Shown: positions 39,901-48,121, numbered from the stretch's first letter. The stretch is 64,000 bases of DNA from Candidatus Latescibacterota bacterium (GCA_965242865.1 CBDETK010000013.1:2464001-2528000), one strand, 5' to 3'. Translations and numbers: made by a program. The notes: a model not told the origin generated them from the sequence alone.

Positions 39901-40256
39901 ATGCGCTCCATACCGACATTTTCTTCGGTTTGGAAGGCCCAAAACCGCTTGTTGAGTTGCTCAACGACGGCCTTGGCCCCCGGCGCGTTCTTATTCTCCG
40001 TGATTTTGCCGGCACCCTTCGGGTCCTTGTACTCGATGACCACGCCGCCGTATTTCGAGTCAATGCGTCCGCCCGCCAAGCCGTATTCGTGGCGACCTTG
40101 GACGGTCAGCCCCGCTTTTTTAATGAACTCGTCGATCAGCCTGTTGCACGCATGGCGTACATCTTCCTCGGACCCGGCGAGCTTTGCGGCCTCCACCATC
40201 TGCTCGGCCATGAGCGCGGAGTGTGCTTCAATCAGTGCTTCGAGATTTTGACTCAT
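36972..40256 (-). CDS. Type IIG restriction-modification enzyme (REase-N6 MTase-TRD fusion)
   Basis: N-terminal RID...IEYK (PD-(D/E)xK), GEYYTP, LLDPACGSGTFL (motif I), AGNPPW (motif IV). Start set at MSQNLE (40256); the longer ORF runs through the MITE. Confidence 0.9.
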   Translation of the reverse strand: MSQNLEALIEAHSALMAEQMVEAAKLAGSEEDVRHACNRLIDEFIKKAGLTVQGRHEYGLAGGRIDSKYGGVVIEYKDPKGAGKITENKNAPGAKAVVEQLNKRFWAFQTEENVGMERILGVGCDGDTIVFVRKRGAKLDAEDPQPVTPHTVQRLLRAIVSLGASGISFTPENLANDFGSESKSAQDGVRLIYGLIHTTHRSKAQTFFRQWQILFGEVCGYDIHGQNAKVQKLADHYQVPNSRSAELLFAVHTYYALFMKMLAAEIVASFSPLGTSTLKKLVSAPTSDKLRDELQNLEQGGIWSQLGIRNFLEGDLFSWYLDAWNEDCAKAVRVMTQSFDRFDPTTLSVDPAESRDLLKQLYQQLFPKSVRHDLGEYYTPDWLADLVLNELGYDGNPDKRLLDPACGSGTFLVMALNRVKTWYDDHRHECGFGEDELLRKILRNIIGFDLNPLAVMAARTNYLLAVRDLMRHAATVELPVYLCDSIMTPSQYGSLLTGRIGSTQELKTSAGEFYIPSEVTASREYIGLYANTLEFCIRNGYSAEEFLQRCAAEAIPATQAELHEVLYRKLQQLDSSNQNGIWARIIKNAFAPLFIGKVDYVAGNPPWVNWENLPEGYRDDMKPLWERYNLFTLSGSEGRLGGGKKDLSMLFTYSSVDNYLDEGGKLGFVITQSVFKTQGAGDGFRRLRYNHDPQKLETLWYLKPLTVHDLSALQVFEGATNLTAVFACQKTPQSFQYPVKYTVWTGYPSRIVQDESLPSVLNATTQKKIEAIPVVASKDSSPWLTAPKQALSGIQKVIGPSDYRAYAGCCTWLNSVYWISIVKVLPNGELLIENLNNVGRIEVKYVQAVIEPDLVYPLLRGRDVRRWHAAPSAHIILAQDPQTRKGIPEAKMKLRWPKTYAYLKQFEGNRKKPKRGTLRGRSGYRKYFKPTAPFYSMYNVGPYTVQPIKVFWRQFIPHIEMALCLPFDDPSLGLKVPLTQHVVTICSFQNVKEAFFFSACGNSSPAVLLHSVSSTGKSFGQPLILNTVSIPRFNPKDTIHSTLSDLSSQCHAARKNNRMEEIPILECEIDKLAAKIWGITDDELKAIRKELPGK

Positions 40257-40293
40257 GGAGTCTTTCGCTCTCTTTGAAAGGGAAATATCCTTA

Positions 40294-40428
40294 GAAGCGT
40301 TCTCAAAATTAGGGTTTCCGTTTATGATTCGGCTTGGTCCTTTGCTGGATTCCCGCGTTCGCGGGAATGAACTCCTAGAGGCGTCAGGCAAGACGGGCCA
40401 AAAACAACATGAGTGTTAAGAACGCTTC
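40294..40428. mobile_element. 135-bp MITE, copy 1
   Basis: Terminal IRs GAAGCGTTCTCAA / TTAAGAACGCTTC, TTA on both sides (40291-40293, 40429-40431); near-identical inverted copy at 62892-63026. Confidence 0.88.
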
Positions 40429-40563
40429 TTAATTCGACCGATATTCGGTCTGATGTAAGGTAGAATACCAAGCACCTAAGTCAATAGCTTCTTGGGATGG
40501 CCTAAAGCCTCAAGGCTCTGGCAGCCGAGGGACAACGCAAGGAATGTTGGAAAGGGTTATGAG

Positions 40564-42468
40564 ATGGCCGCGCTGCGCTTAGCCGCGCTCATCGTCGGCA
40601 TCACGGTCGCCAGCGGGTGGTTGCTCCAGCGCGTCGAGTTGCTGTACAACGGCCCGCATCTGGCCGGGGCCGGGAGTATGCCGGGGGCGCAGGTCTTTCT
40701 CGCGGTGCCATTGGGCGCGTTGGCCGCCGTTACCTTGATGCGTCGCGTACTCGGCCCGGGGGATCGTGCGGTGCTCTACGCCGCGCTGACCATTGGGGTG
40801 TCGGCGACCGCTTCCGGCCTGATGCACAGGTTTTTGCCGAGCTTGGTGACCGGCTTTTACGGAGGCTTTGCCCGGCCAACCGGCCCCTATTACCGCTTTC
40901 TGCAAGTCGTCCCGGACTGGCTGGTCCCGGGCGGGCCGAATGAGGCCCCGGCCATCGGGGCGTTTGAAGGCGGCGCGGCCGTGCCTTGGGGCGCGTGGCT
41001 GTGGCCGCTAACTATGTGGACCGCGTTTTTCGGTGCGTTCTTTCTGACCTGCTTCTGCTTGGTGTGGCTTTTGCGGCAACGCTGGCTGGAGGTCGAGCGG
41101 TTGGGGTTTCCGCTGCTCGAAGTGCCCCGCGCCTTCGTGGCCGGAGGCCTGTTTGGCCAGCGGCTCTTTTGGTGGGGCGCGTTGGTGCCGGGCGCGTTGC
41201 TGGGGATCAATGGCTTGCATCACTACGCGCCGGCCGTGCCCGAGATCGCCACCAGCTTGAACATGGCCCATTTCCTCCTCGACGACCCGTGGAAAGCCAT
41301 GGCGCCCTTTGAGTCGCCGTTCTACTTTGACTTTGTCCCCCTGTTGGTGGGCGCGGCCTTTCTCGCGCCCGTGGAAGTGTCGTTCAGCACGTGGTTGTTC
41401 TACCTGCTCACTCGCGTCCAATTGTTGGTGACTCACTTTGTCGGGCGGCTTGAGTATCGCGGCGACTTCATCCCCGGGCACGGGTCGCCGTGGCTAGATT
41501 GGCCCAGTCACTTCCCCTTTTTCATGGCGCAGGCGCGCGGCGGCTTGCTGTTTTTGGGGCTGCTCAGCTTGTGGTCGGCGCGGCGCGCCTTGGCTGCGGC
41601 GATCGCTTGGCGCAGCCGGGCGACGTGGGGGTTTGCGGTTGGGCTGCTGGTGCTGTGGGCGTGGCTTGCGGCATTGGGGGTGCCGCCGCTGCTGGGCATG
41701 GCGGCGTTGTTGCTGGTGTTGCTGTTGGCATTGACGTTTGCGCGCCTGCGGATCGACGGGGGCCTGCCCATTGTGGGGATGCCGCAGATTGTGGGCTACC
41801 TGTTCTTCGTGGTGCTGGGAACCGGGGCCGGGCGGTTTGCCGATGCGACGTACATGGGCTTTGGCTTTTTGGCGGTGTTTGGCTTTACCATGATCGGGCT
41901 TTGGCCGGCCTTGCAATTTGAGGGGCTGAAGTTGGCCGAGATGCACGGGGTGTCGCCGCGGCGCTTGATTGGGGGAATGACGTTGGGGTTGGCCGTCGGG
42001 CTAGGGGCCGGCTATGTGTTTTCGCTGGAAACGATCTACGAGCACGGGCTGTTCGCCTTGCAGGAGCAGGGCGGGGCGCAGTCGGAAGCGCGTATTGGCC
42101 GCTACTACAACTACTTGTTCAAAGACGCCGGCACAGTGGATGGCGGCACGGACTGGGTGCGCTTGGGGTTTCACGCGGCCGGCGCGGGTTTTACCTATTT
42201 CTTGGCGTTGATGCGCCAGCACTTTCTCCGCTGGCCCTTGCATCCCATGGGCTTTGTGTTTGGCACGGGTTTTGGCTGGCTGGTGTGGGGATCGGTGTTG
42301 TGCGGCTGGCTGTGCAAGTGGCTGGTCGTGCGCTACGGCGGAGCGCAAACCTACCGGCGGGTCATGCCGTTTTTCTTGGGGATGATCGGCGGAGAGGTCG
42401 CGCTGCGGCTGCTGTGGGCCGCGGTCGCGCTGTGGCAGGGTGAGATCGGAGGAGGCTACCGGCCATGA
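40564..42468 (+). CDS. DUF6785/DUF6784-type polytopic membrane protein (second paralog)
   Basis: VPWGAW, WLEVERLGFPL, RWPLHPMG, YRRVMPFFLGMIGG; its stop overlaps the next ATG. Confidence 0.75.
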   Translation: MAALRLAALIVGITVASGWLLQRVELLYNGPHLAGAGSMPGAQVFLAVPLGALAAVTLMRRVLGPGDRAVLYAALTIGVSATASGLMHRFLPSLVTGFYGGFARPTGPYYRFLQVVPDWLVPGGPNEAPAIGAFEGGAAVPWGAWLWPLTMWTAFFGAFFLTCFCLVWLLRQRWLEVERLGFPLLEVPRAFVAGGLFGQRLFWWGALVPGALLGINGLHHYAPAVPEIATSLNMAHFLLDDPWKAMAPFESPFYFDFVPLLVGAAFLAPVEVSFSTWLFYLLTRVQLLVTHFVGRLEYRGDFIPGHGSPWLDWPSHFPFFMAQARGGLLFLGLLSLWSARRALAAAIAWRSRATWGFAVGLLVLWAWLAALGVPPLLGMAALLLVLLLALTFARLRIDGGLPIVGMPQIVGYLFFVVLGTGAGRFADATYMGFGFLAVFGFTMIGLWPALQFEGLKLAEMHGVSPRRLIGGMTLGLAVGLGAGYVFSLETIYEHGLFALQEQGGAQSEARIGRYYNYLFKDAGTVDGGTDWVRLGFHAAGAGFTYFLALMRQHFLRWPLHPMGFVFGTGFGWLVWGSVLCGWLCKWLVVRYGGAQTYRRVMPFFLGMIGGEVALRLLWAAVALWQGEIGGGYRP

Positions 42469-44435
42469 GGACCGACGAGCTGATCAGCTACCGCGACTTG
42501 ATGCAGCCCCCGACGCGCTTTCGCACGGGCTTTACCGTGCGGACGGTGGCCGGGGCGTTCTTCGTCGGCTTTATCATGATGCCCGGGGCCATTTACATGG
42601 GCCTGATTGCCGGCACCTCGTTCGGCGCGGCCGCCGAATGGGTGACCATCATCCTGTTTTCCGAGCTGGCGCGGCGTTCCTTTTCTGCGCTGACGCGCCA
42701 AGAGATTTATCTGATTTACTACATTGCCGGTGGTTTGGCCGGGGTCATCGGCGGCACCATGCTGGCCGGCGGCCCGTTTGGGCAACTCGTGTGGAACCAA
42801 TACCTCGCCCAGTCGCCGGCCGTGGCCGGCTTTGGCATTGCCGAGTACATCCCAACGTGGGTTGCGCCGCCGGTCGGTTCGGACGCGCTCGTCGGGCGCA
42901 GTTTTTTGCACCGAGCGTGGATTCCGCCGATGGTCGTGCTGGTGGCCTCGCAGGTTTTGTCGCGGGTCGAGTGGTTCACGCTCGGCTACATCCTCTTTCG
43001 GGTCACGTCCGATGTGGAGCGCTTGCCCTTTCCATTGGCCCCGGTCGCCGCGCAGGGGGCGACGGCCTTGGCCGAGGGCGACGAAGGGCGGGATAGCTGG
43101 CGGTGGCGGGTGTTCTCGGTGGGCATGGGCATTGGGTTGCTGTTCGGCGCAGTGTACGTGGGCTTGCCCGCGCTGACCGGGTTGATCGCCAGCGATCCCA
43201 TCGTCTTGCTGCCCATTCCTTGGATCGACTTGACGCGCACTACGCAAGGCATTTTGCCGGCCGCGCCCTTGGGCATTGGCACGGACTTGGGCTTGGTGCT
43301 GTTGGGGATGGTGCTGCCGTTTTGGATCGTCGTCGGCACGTTTGCCGCGGCCATGATCCACGCCTTGGGCAGCCCGATTCTCTATCACCTCGGGGCGCTG
43401 CCGCACTGGCGCCCGGGCATGGACGCGATCCTAACGAATTTCGCCAACGACATCGACGTGTGGATGAGCGTGTACATTGGCGCCGGGGCGGCCGTGGGCG
43501 CGATTGGCCTGGTGCAAGCCGTGCTGTCGGTGCGGGCCGCGCGACGGCAGGGCGAGCACCGCCCGTTGCGGGATACGCCGGCCGGGCGGGGCGACTTTCC
43601 GCTGTGGATCGCGATTGTCGGGTACGCGCTATCGACGCTGGCCATGATCTGGCTCTGCGTGTTGCTCCTAGAGGACGACGAGTTTCCGCTGATCTTTTTG
43701 CTGCTCTTCGGCTTCGTGCTGACGCCGGTGATTTCCTATGTCAATGCGCGCATGGCCGGGTTGACGGGTCAGTTGGTCAGCTTCCCGCTGCTGCGCGAAG
43801 GGGCTTTTATCTTGAGCGGCTACCGCGGCATAGATATATGGTTCGCGCCCATTCCTTATTCCGACCACGGCCGGCGCGCCCAGCTCTTCCGCGAGGTGGA
43901 GCTGACCGGGACGCGCTTTTCGTCCATCCTCAAAGCCGAGCTGTTGCTGTTGCCGCTGAGCTTGGTGTGCGGCTTTGTGTTCTGGTCGCTGATCTGGCAG
44001 ATGGAGCCCATTCCCTCGCCGACCTTTCAATACGCGCAAACGTATTGGCACCTCATCGCGCTGCGCCAGTGCTTGTGGTACTCGGCGACTTTGGGCGGGG
44101 AAACCCTGTTTGACGAGGCGATTAAGGGTTGGTGGATCGCGGGGAGTTTTGTGCTGGCCGGGGGGACATTTGGGATTATGTCGTGGTTGGGGTGGCCGAT
44201 TTCGCTCGTGTACGGGTTTGTGCGCGGCTTGGCCGGCCTGCCGCATTTGCTAATCCCGGAAATGGCCGGGGCCCTGCTGGCGCGCTATTGGCTGGAGCCG
44301 CGCTTTGGGACGCAGCAGTGGCGGCAATACGCGCCCGTGTTGCTGGCCGGATACGCCTGCGGCATGGGCTTGGTGGGCATGTCGGCCGTGGCCATTGCCC
44401 TAATATCCAAGTCGGTGACCCAGTTGCACTATTGA
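42465..44435 (+). CDS. OPT/YSL-superfamily-like 'peptide transporter' membrane protein
   Basis: Polytopic; AAEWVTIILFSE, SDVERLPFPLAPV, GIDIWFAP, PIPSPTF. Confidence 0.7.
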   Translation: MRTDELISYRDLMQPPTRFRTGFTVRTVAGAFFVGFIMMPGAIYMGLIAGTSFGAAAEWVTIILFSELARRSFSALTRQEIYLIYYIAGGLAGVIGGTMLAGGPFGQLVWNQYLAQSPAVAGFGIAEYIPTWVAPPVGSDALVGRSFLHRAWIPPMVVLVASQVLSRVEWFTLGYILFRVTSDVERLPFPLAPVAAQGATALAEGDEGRDSWRWRVFSVGMGIGLLFGAVYVGLPALTGLIASDPIVLLPIPWIDLTRTTQGILPAAPLGIGTDLGLVLLGMVLPFWIVVGTFAAAMIHALGSPILYHLGALPHWRPGMDAILTNFANDIDVWMSVYIGAGAAVGAIGLVQAVLSVRAARRQGEHRPLRDTPAGRGDFPLWIAIVGYALSTLAMIWLCVLLLEDDEFPLIFLLLFGFVLTPVISYVNARMAGLTGQLVSFPLLREGAFILSGYRGIDIWFAPIPYSDHGRRAQLFREVELTGTRFSSILKAELLLLPLSLVCGFVFWSLIWQMEPIPSPTFQYAQTYWHLIALRQCLWYSATLGGETLFDEAIKGWWIAGSFVLAGGTFGIMSWLGWPISLVYGFVRGLAGLPHLLIPEMAGALLARYWLEPRFGTQQWRQYAPVLLAGYACGMGLVGMSAVAIALISKSVTQLHY

Positions 44436-44449
44436 GGCCGGTCAGCCGC
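44388..44449 (+). repeat. 62-bp direct repeat, left island boundary
   Basis: GTGGCCATTGCCCTAATATCCAAGTCGGTGACCCAGTTGCACTATTGAGGCCGGTCAGCCGC, identical at 61726-61787. Confidence 0.97.
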
Positions 44450-44478
44450 ACGGATTTACATAGATGGAGCGTGAATTG

Positions 44479-46143
44479 ATGACAACCAACAGTCCTGTTC
44501 TCATTTCTTGGGTGGCCGTGAATAATGATCCCTACGAGCCAAATAAGGGTAGCCTACTTGCCCCCGGCCCTACGCTCACCCTCCTTTTCGACGAGAATTC
44601 GCCGTACAAAGACTCGGTACGAGATGTGGTGCTTCTCCGCAGAGAAGAGGCCGGCCACGGCGGCGATAGAGAGCGCCGCGCTACGGAAGAGCTAGAAAAA
44701 GCCATCCGCGAGCACCGTTCGGATACCAAGATACGAGTAGAGCTCTGGAAATCAGAGGATCCTACTGATCACCATGCTATTCTCGAATTCTTGCGTAAGC
44801 TGATGCCGAAAATTCGGAACAGCTACCCAGCGCGTGAACTCGTGATCCACGTAAGCCCCGGAACCCCTTCCATGCAGACCATCTGGTTCCTGATGGGAAC
44901 GACTGGCCTCATCGAAGCCCCATTCCAATTGGTCAAATCGTATCGAGAACGCGAGCGCCGAGGCCGTCGTTCCGTCGTGCCAGTCGAGCTCAACATAGAG
45001 ACCTTTTACAAAGCGTACAGGGCAGCGGAGCCTCGCCAAGTCGCCTCTGAGGAACAAGGTCTCCTTTGGGATCCCAAGGACCTCCGCACCGAGGTCATGC
45101 AACGCCTATTCGCCGAAGCGCGCCGGTTCGCCCAGATCAAGGTGCCGGTGCTGCTGTTGGGGGAACGGGGGACTGGAAAAACGACGCTCGCTCGTTGGCT
45201 GCGGATCAACAGCCCCTTTCGAAACAAGAATAGTGACCAAGGGTGGCCCGCCGTAGCCTGTGGCCAATACACATCCGAGATTCTCCGGTCCGAGCTTTTC
45301 GGATACAAAAGAGGGGCCTTCACGGGTGCCCATAAGGATACGGACGGTCTTCTTGTAAAGGCCGATGGGGATACGCTCTTTCTCGATGAGATCGGGGACT
45401 TGAGCAGGGACAACCAACGTCGGCTCATCAAGGCACTTGAAGAGAAGACCTATTACCCAATTGGGGACACCAAACCGCGAAAGAGCGATTTCCGATTACT
45501 GGCCGCCACCAACCTTGAGCAGGACGAGTTGCACAAGCGGCTCGACCCCGACTTCTTCGACCGCATCAGTTATCTCACTTTACGCCTACCGCCTCTACGC
45601 GAAATCGCAGACGAGTTGCACTGGCTCTGGCCTCGTGCGTATCAGAGCGCAATAACACGCGCTGGCGCGGACAAGCAACGAGCGCAGTTCGCGCAAAGCC
45701 ATCACGACCACATCGTGGCCAAGCTCAAACGACATCCGCTACCGGGAAACATGCGCGACCTCTTCCGCGTGGCCTATCGCATTCTAGCGGCGAGGAACGA
45801 CGCCGACGAGCCGCTCGCGCCAGCGGACGCAGTCGCCTACGGCCTAGAGGCACTAAGTGGTTTCGCTACGTCATCCTCCGAGGGGAGTATCTCGCAGTCC
45901 GTCGCCCGCGCCTTTGCAGATAAAGTACCGCTCAATGCTCTAGTTGAAGAAGGGCCTCTCGACACAAAAGCGGTTGAACGCGATCTGAAACAGTACCTCG
46001 CGGACGAAATTCGCCGCATCGCAAAAGATACCGAGCGACCCATCGATCAATTGTGCGATCAAACGGACCGAACCTTGCGGAGTTGGTCAAAGCCTAAAGG
46101 GAAAATTTCTTCCGAGTCGCGGAATAATAAATCCGAAAAATAG
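44479..46143 (+). CDS. Sigma54-dependent activator, RtcR-like, with N-terminal CARF-like sensor
   Basis: ISWVAVNNDP...IHVSPGTPSMQTIW (CARF-like), GERGTGKT, SELFGYKRGAFTGA, LFLDEIGD, FFDRI, PGNMRDL, C-terminal HTH. Alternative start at 44464. Confidence 0.88.
   Translation: MTTNSPVLISWVAVNNDPYEPNKGSLLAPGPTLTLLFDENSPYKDSVRDVVLLRREEAGHGGDRERRATEELEKAIREHRSDTKIRVELWKSEDPTDHHAILEFLRKLMPKIRNSYPARELVIHVSPGTPSMQTIWFLMGTTGLIEAPFQLVKSYRERERRGRRSVVPVELNIETFYKAYRAAEPRQVASEEQGLLWDPKDLRTEVMQRLFAEARRFAQIKVPVLLLGERGTGKTTLARWLRINSPFRNKNSDQGWPAVACGQYTSEILRSELFGYKRGAFTGAHKDTDGLLVKADGDTLFLDEIGDLSRDNQRRLIKALEEKTYYPIGDTKPRKSDFRLLAATNLEQDELHKRLDPDFFDRISYLTLRLPPLREIADELHWLWPRAYQSAITRAGADKQRAQFAQSHHDHIVAKLKRHPLPGNMRDLFRVAYRILAARNDADEPLAPADAVAYGLEALSGFATSSSEGSISQSVARAFADKVPLNALVEEGPLDTKAVERDLKQYLADEIRRIAKDTERPIDQLCDQTDRTLRSWSKPKGKISSESRNNKSEK
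46099..46135. promoter_or_regulatory. Two 16-bp palindromic candidate enhancer (UAS) sites
   Basis: GGGAA-N6-TTCCG (46099-46114) and CGGAA-N6-ATCCG (46120-46135), 21 bp centre to centre. Confidence 0.6.
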
Positions 46144-46203
46144 CAATGGGGCCAGCGTTCAAAGCGGGTTGATACGGACGGAAAAAATAAAAAAGCCTTT
46201 TGT

Positions 46204-46216
46204 TTTCAATAGGTTG
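46204..46216 (+). promoter_or_regulatory. IHF-like binding site
   Basis: TTTCAATAGGTTG (one mismatch to WATCAANNNNTTR), preceded by an A-tract and lying between the UAS and the sigma54 box. Confidence 0.55.
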
Positions 46217-46246
46217 TGCTCAGAGGCAACTTCCGTCCGCGCCCTG

Positions 46247-46263
46247 TCGGCACGGAAATAGCA
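46247..46263 (+). promoter_or_regulatory. Sigma54 -24/-12 promoter
   Basis: TCGGCACGGAAATAGCA: GG(46249-50)-N10-GC(46261-62), directly downstream of a GAFTGA activator gene. Confidence 0.8.
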
Positions 46264-46315
46264 TTATAGATGGCAAACGCAAGCGGAATTAGCCGCCAAA
46301 GCAAGGAGCCATCAG

Positions 46316-46639
46316 ATGAGTCATAACGATGCACGCGAGCAGCAACGCCAGATCATCACGACCCATGCCCAGAAGCGGATGACGGGCCGCCGAATTTCCG
46401 AGACAGCCCTTTCGGCGGTGATAGATTATGGGCGGGTAGTCTATACGCGCGGTGCTAAAATCTACGTGATCGGCCGCAAGGAAGTAACAACATTCCTCCG
46501 CAAAGGTGTTGAATTAGCAGACTTTGAGGGCATCCACGTCGTGTGCAGCCCCGATGGAGCTATCCTGACCACGTATCGGAATCGCAACCTCCGAGGACTG
46601 CGCCCGCGAGGTCGCCGATTCCGCCAGCAGAACCTATAA
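46316..46639 (+). CDS. DUF4258-family small basic protein (RelE-like fold)
   Basis: ITTHAQKRMTGRRISE...VIDYG...VVCSPDGAILTTYR; AAGGAG RBS. Confidence 0.75.
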   Translation: MSHNDAREQQRQIITTHAQKRMTGRRISETALSAVIDYGRVVYTRGAKIYVIGRKEVTTFLRKGVELADFEGIHVVCSPDGAILTTYRNRNLRGLRPRGRRFRQQNL

Positions 46640-46663
46640 ACCTCAACGCAAAAGGAGAGGAAA

Positions 46664-47320
46664 ATGAGCGAACTCAAAAACTTTACCGTAAACAAGCCCC
46701 GCCCCCTTCCGGTGGTTCTCCTCGCGGATGTCAGCGGGAGCATGGCCTCCGAAGGGAAGATCGACGCCCTGAACCAGTCGGTGAAGGAGATGGTTTCCAC
46801 GTTTGCCGACGAGGATGACCTGCGCGCCGAGATCCACCTCTGCGTGATCACCTTCGGCGGCGAGGCGAAAGCCCTCATCCCGCTGCAACCGGCGGCGGCG
46901 GTGGAATGGGTCGATATGAGGGCTGATGGCCATACGCCGCTCGGCGGGGCGATGGCGATCGCCGCGGATATCATCGACAATCGCGCGCAGATCCCGAGCC
47001 GCTCCTATCGTCCCACGATCATCCTCGTGTCCGACGGGATGCCCAACGACGAGTGGGAACCGAGCTTGAAACGCCTGACGACCGAAGGCCGTGCAGCCAA
47101 GGCCGACCGGATCGCGCTGGCCATTGGTAGCGACGCGGACGAGGAGATGCTGAAACGCTTCCTCAACGATCCCGAAAAGCGCGTCTATTACGCCGAAGAT
47201 GCGCGGCGCATCAAGGAGTTCTTCCAATTCGTTACGATGTCGGTGACCCAACGCTCGCGGAGTGCGAATCCGAATCAAGTTCCTCAGAGCGGGAGCCCCT
47301 TCGGCATGGAGGATTTTTAG
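46664..47320 (+). CDS. TerY-like vWA domain protein
   Basis: RPLPVVLLADVSGSM (MIDAS), ITFG, GHTPLG, YRPTIILVSDGMPND. Confidence 0.92.
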   Translation: MSELKNFTVNKPRPLPVVLLADVSGSMASEGKIDALNQSVKEMVSTFADEDDLRAEIHLCVITFGGEAKALIPLQPAAAVEWVDMRADGHTPLGGAMAIAADIIDNRAQIPSRSYRPTIILVSDGMPNDEWEPSLKRLTTEGRAAKADRIALAIGSDADEEMLKRFLNDPEKRVYYAEDARRIKEFFQFVTMSVTQRSRSANPNQVPQSGSPFGMEDF

Positions 47321-47326
47321 ACGGCA

Positions 47327-48097
47327 ATGGGGGATTTTCCGCAAAACTGGCACTACTTCGGGGCTTCTGTGCGAGGCCCCGCGCATGTGCGTAGCGGCAC
47401 GCTCAATCAAGACGCTTGGCGCGGAGGCCAGCTTCGCAGCGGAGCGGCCATTGCGGTATGCGACGGTTTGGGGAGTAGGCCGCACGCCCGGCGGGGTGCT
47501 CGGGAAGCGTGTCGAGCGGTTTTTTCCGCGGCGCGCCAGTGGTCCGCGGTTCCCGCAGCTCCTATTGAAATCCTTCTGCGATTGATCCACGCGATATGGT
47601 CTTTGCGCGTGTATCCTTACGCCGAGGCCGATTGCGCGACGACCTGTTTGTTCGCGGTTGCGGGTAGCGATGGCCGGCTCCACGTGGCCCAGTTAGGCGA
47701 TGGCCTGTCGTTGGTGATGGACGACAGGGGCCTGCGGACGACAGCGCGAGCCGAGGACGACTTCGTCAACGAGACCACCGGCTTGGGTATTGCCAGACAG
47801 CTTTCGGAGTGGGATACGTTTGAGTGCGATCAATCCGCTGAGACCGCGGTACTGTTGGCGACGGATGGCATCGCCGACGATCTCGATAGCACTCGCCTCG
47901 GCGAGTTCGTCCACTTCGTTCGCTCCACGTACTGCCCGCTCGCCCCGGCAGAGCGGTGGCAACGGGTGGCAAAGGACTTGAGAAACTGGCCTACGCCCTA
48001 TCACAGCGACGACAAGACCTTGGCGTTTTTGTGGCGCGGGATGGGGTTAGCCACAAAAAGCACAAAAAGCACAAAAGGCGATCAGCTCCACTGCTGA
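47327..48097 (+). CDS. PP2C-family Ser/Thr phosphatase (TerY-P triad)
   Basis: GASVRGPAH, NQDA, VCDGLGS, GDG, ATDG, DDKT. Confidence 0.92.
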   Translation: MGDFPQNWHYFGASVRGPAHVRSGTLNQDAWRGGQLRSGAAIAVCDGLGSRPHARRGAREACRAVFSAARQWSAVPAAPIEILLRLIHAIWSLRVYPYAEADCATTCLFAVAGSDGRLHVAQLGDGLSLVMDDRGLRTTARAEDDFVNETTGLGIARQLSEWDTFECDQSAETAVLLATDGIADDLDSTRLGEFVHFVRSTYCPLAPAERWQRVAKDLRNWPTPYHSDDKTLAFLWRGMGLATKSTKSTKGDQLHC

Positions 48098-48121
48098 CCG
48101 CAGAGTACTGAGAGACAAGAG

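Noticed and set aside
33333-40256. DISARM, BREX or retron assignment
   Set aside because: No drmA/B/C, no pglZ/brxC and no reverse transcriptase in the cassette.
40257-40391. N-terminal extension of the R-M enzyme (and the similar 62767-62907 extension of the GNAT gene)
   Set aside because: These extensions start within MITE sequence and do not resemble the protein families.
33255-40566. Direct repeat bounding the R-M cassette
   Set aside because: Only a loose similarity (GGAGAAGGGCTGA vs GGAAAGGGTTATGA), too weak to call an att site or TSD.
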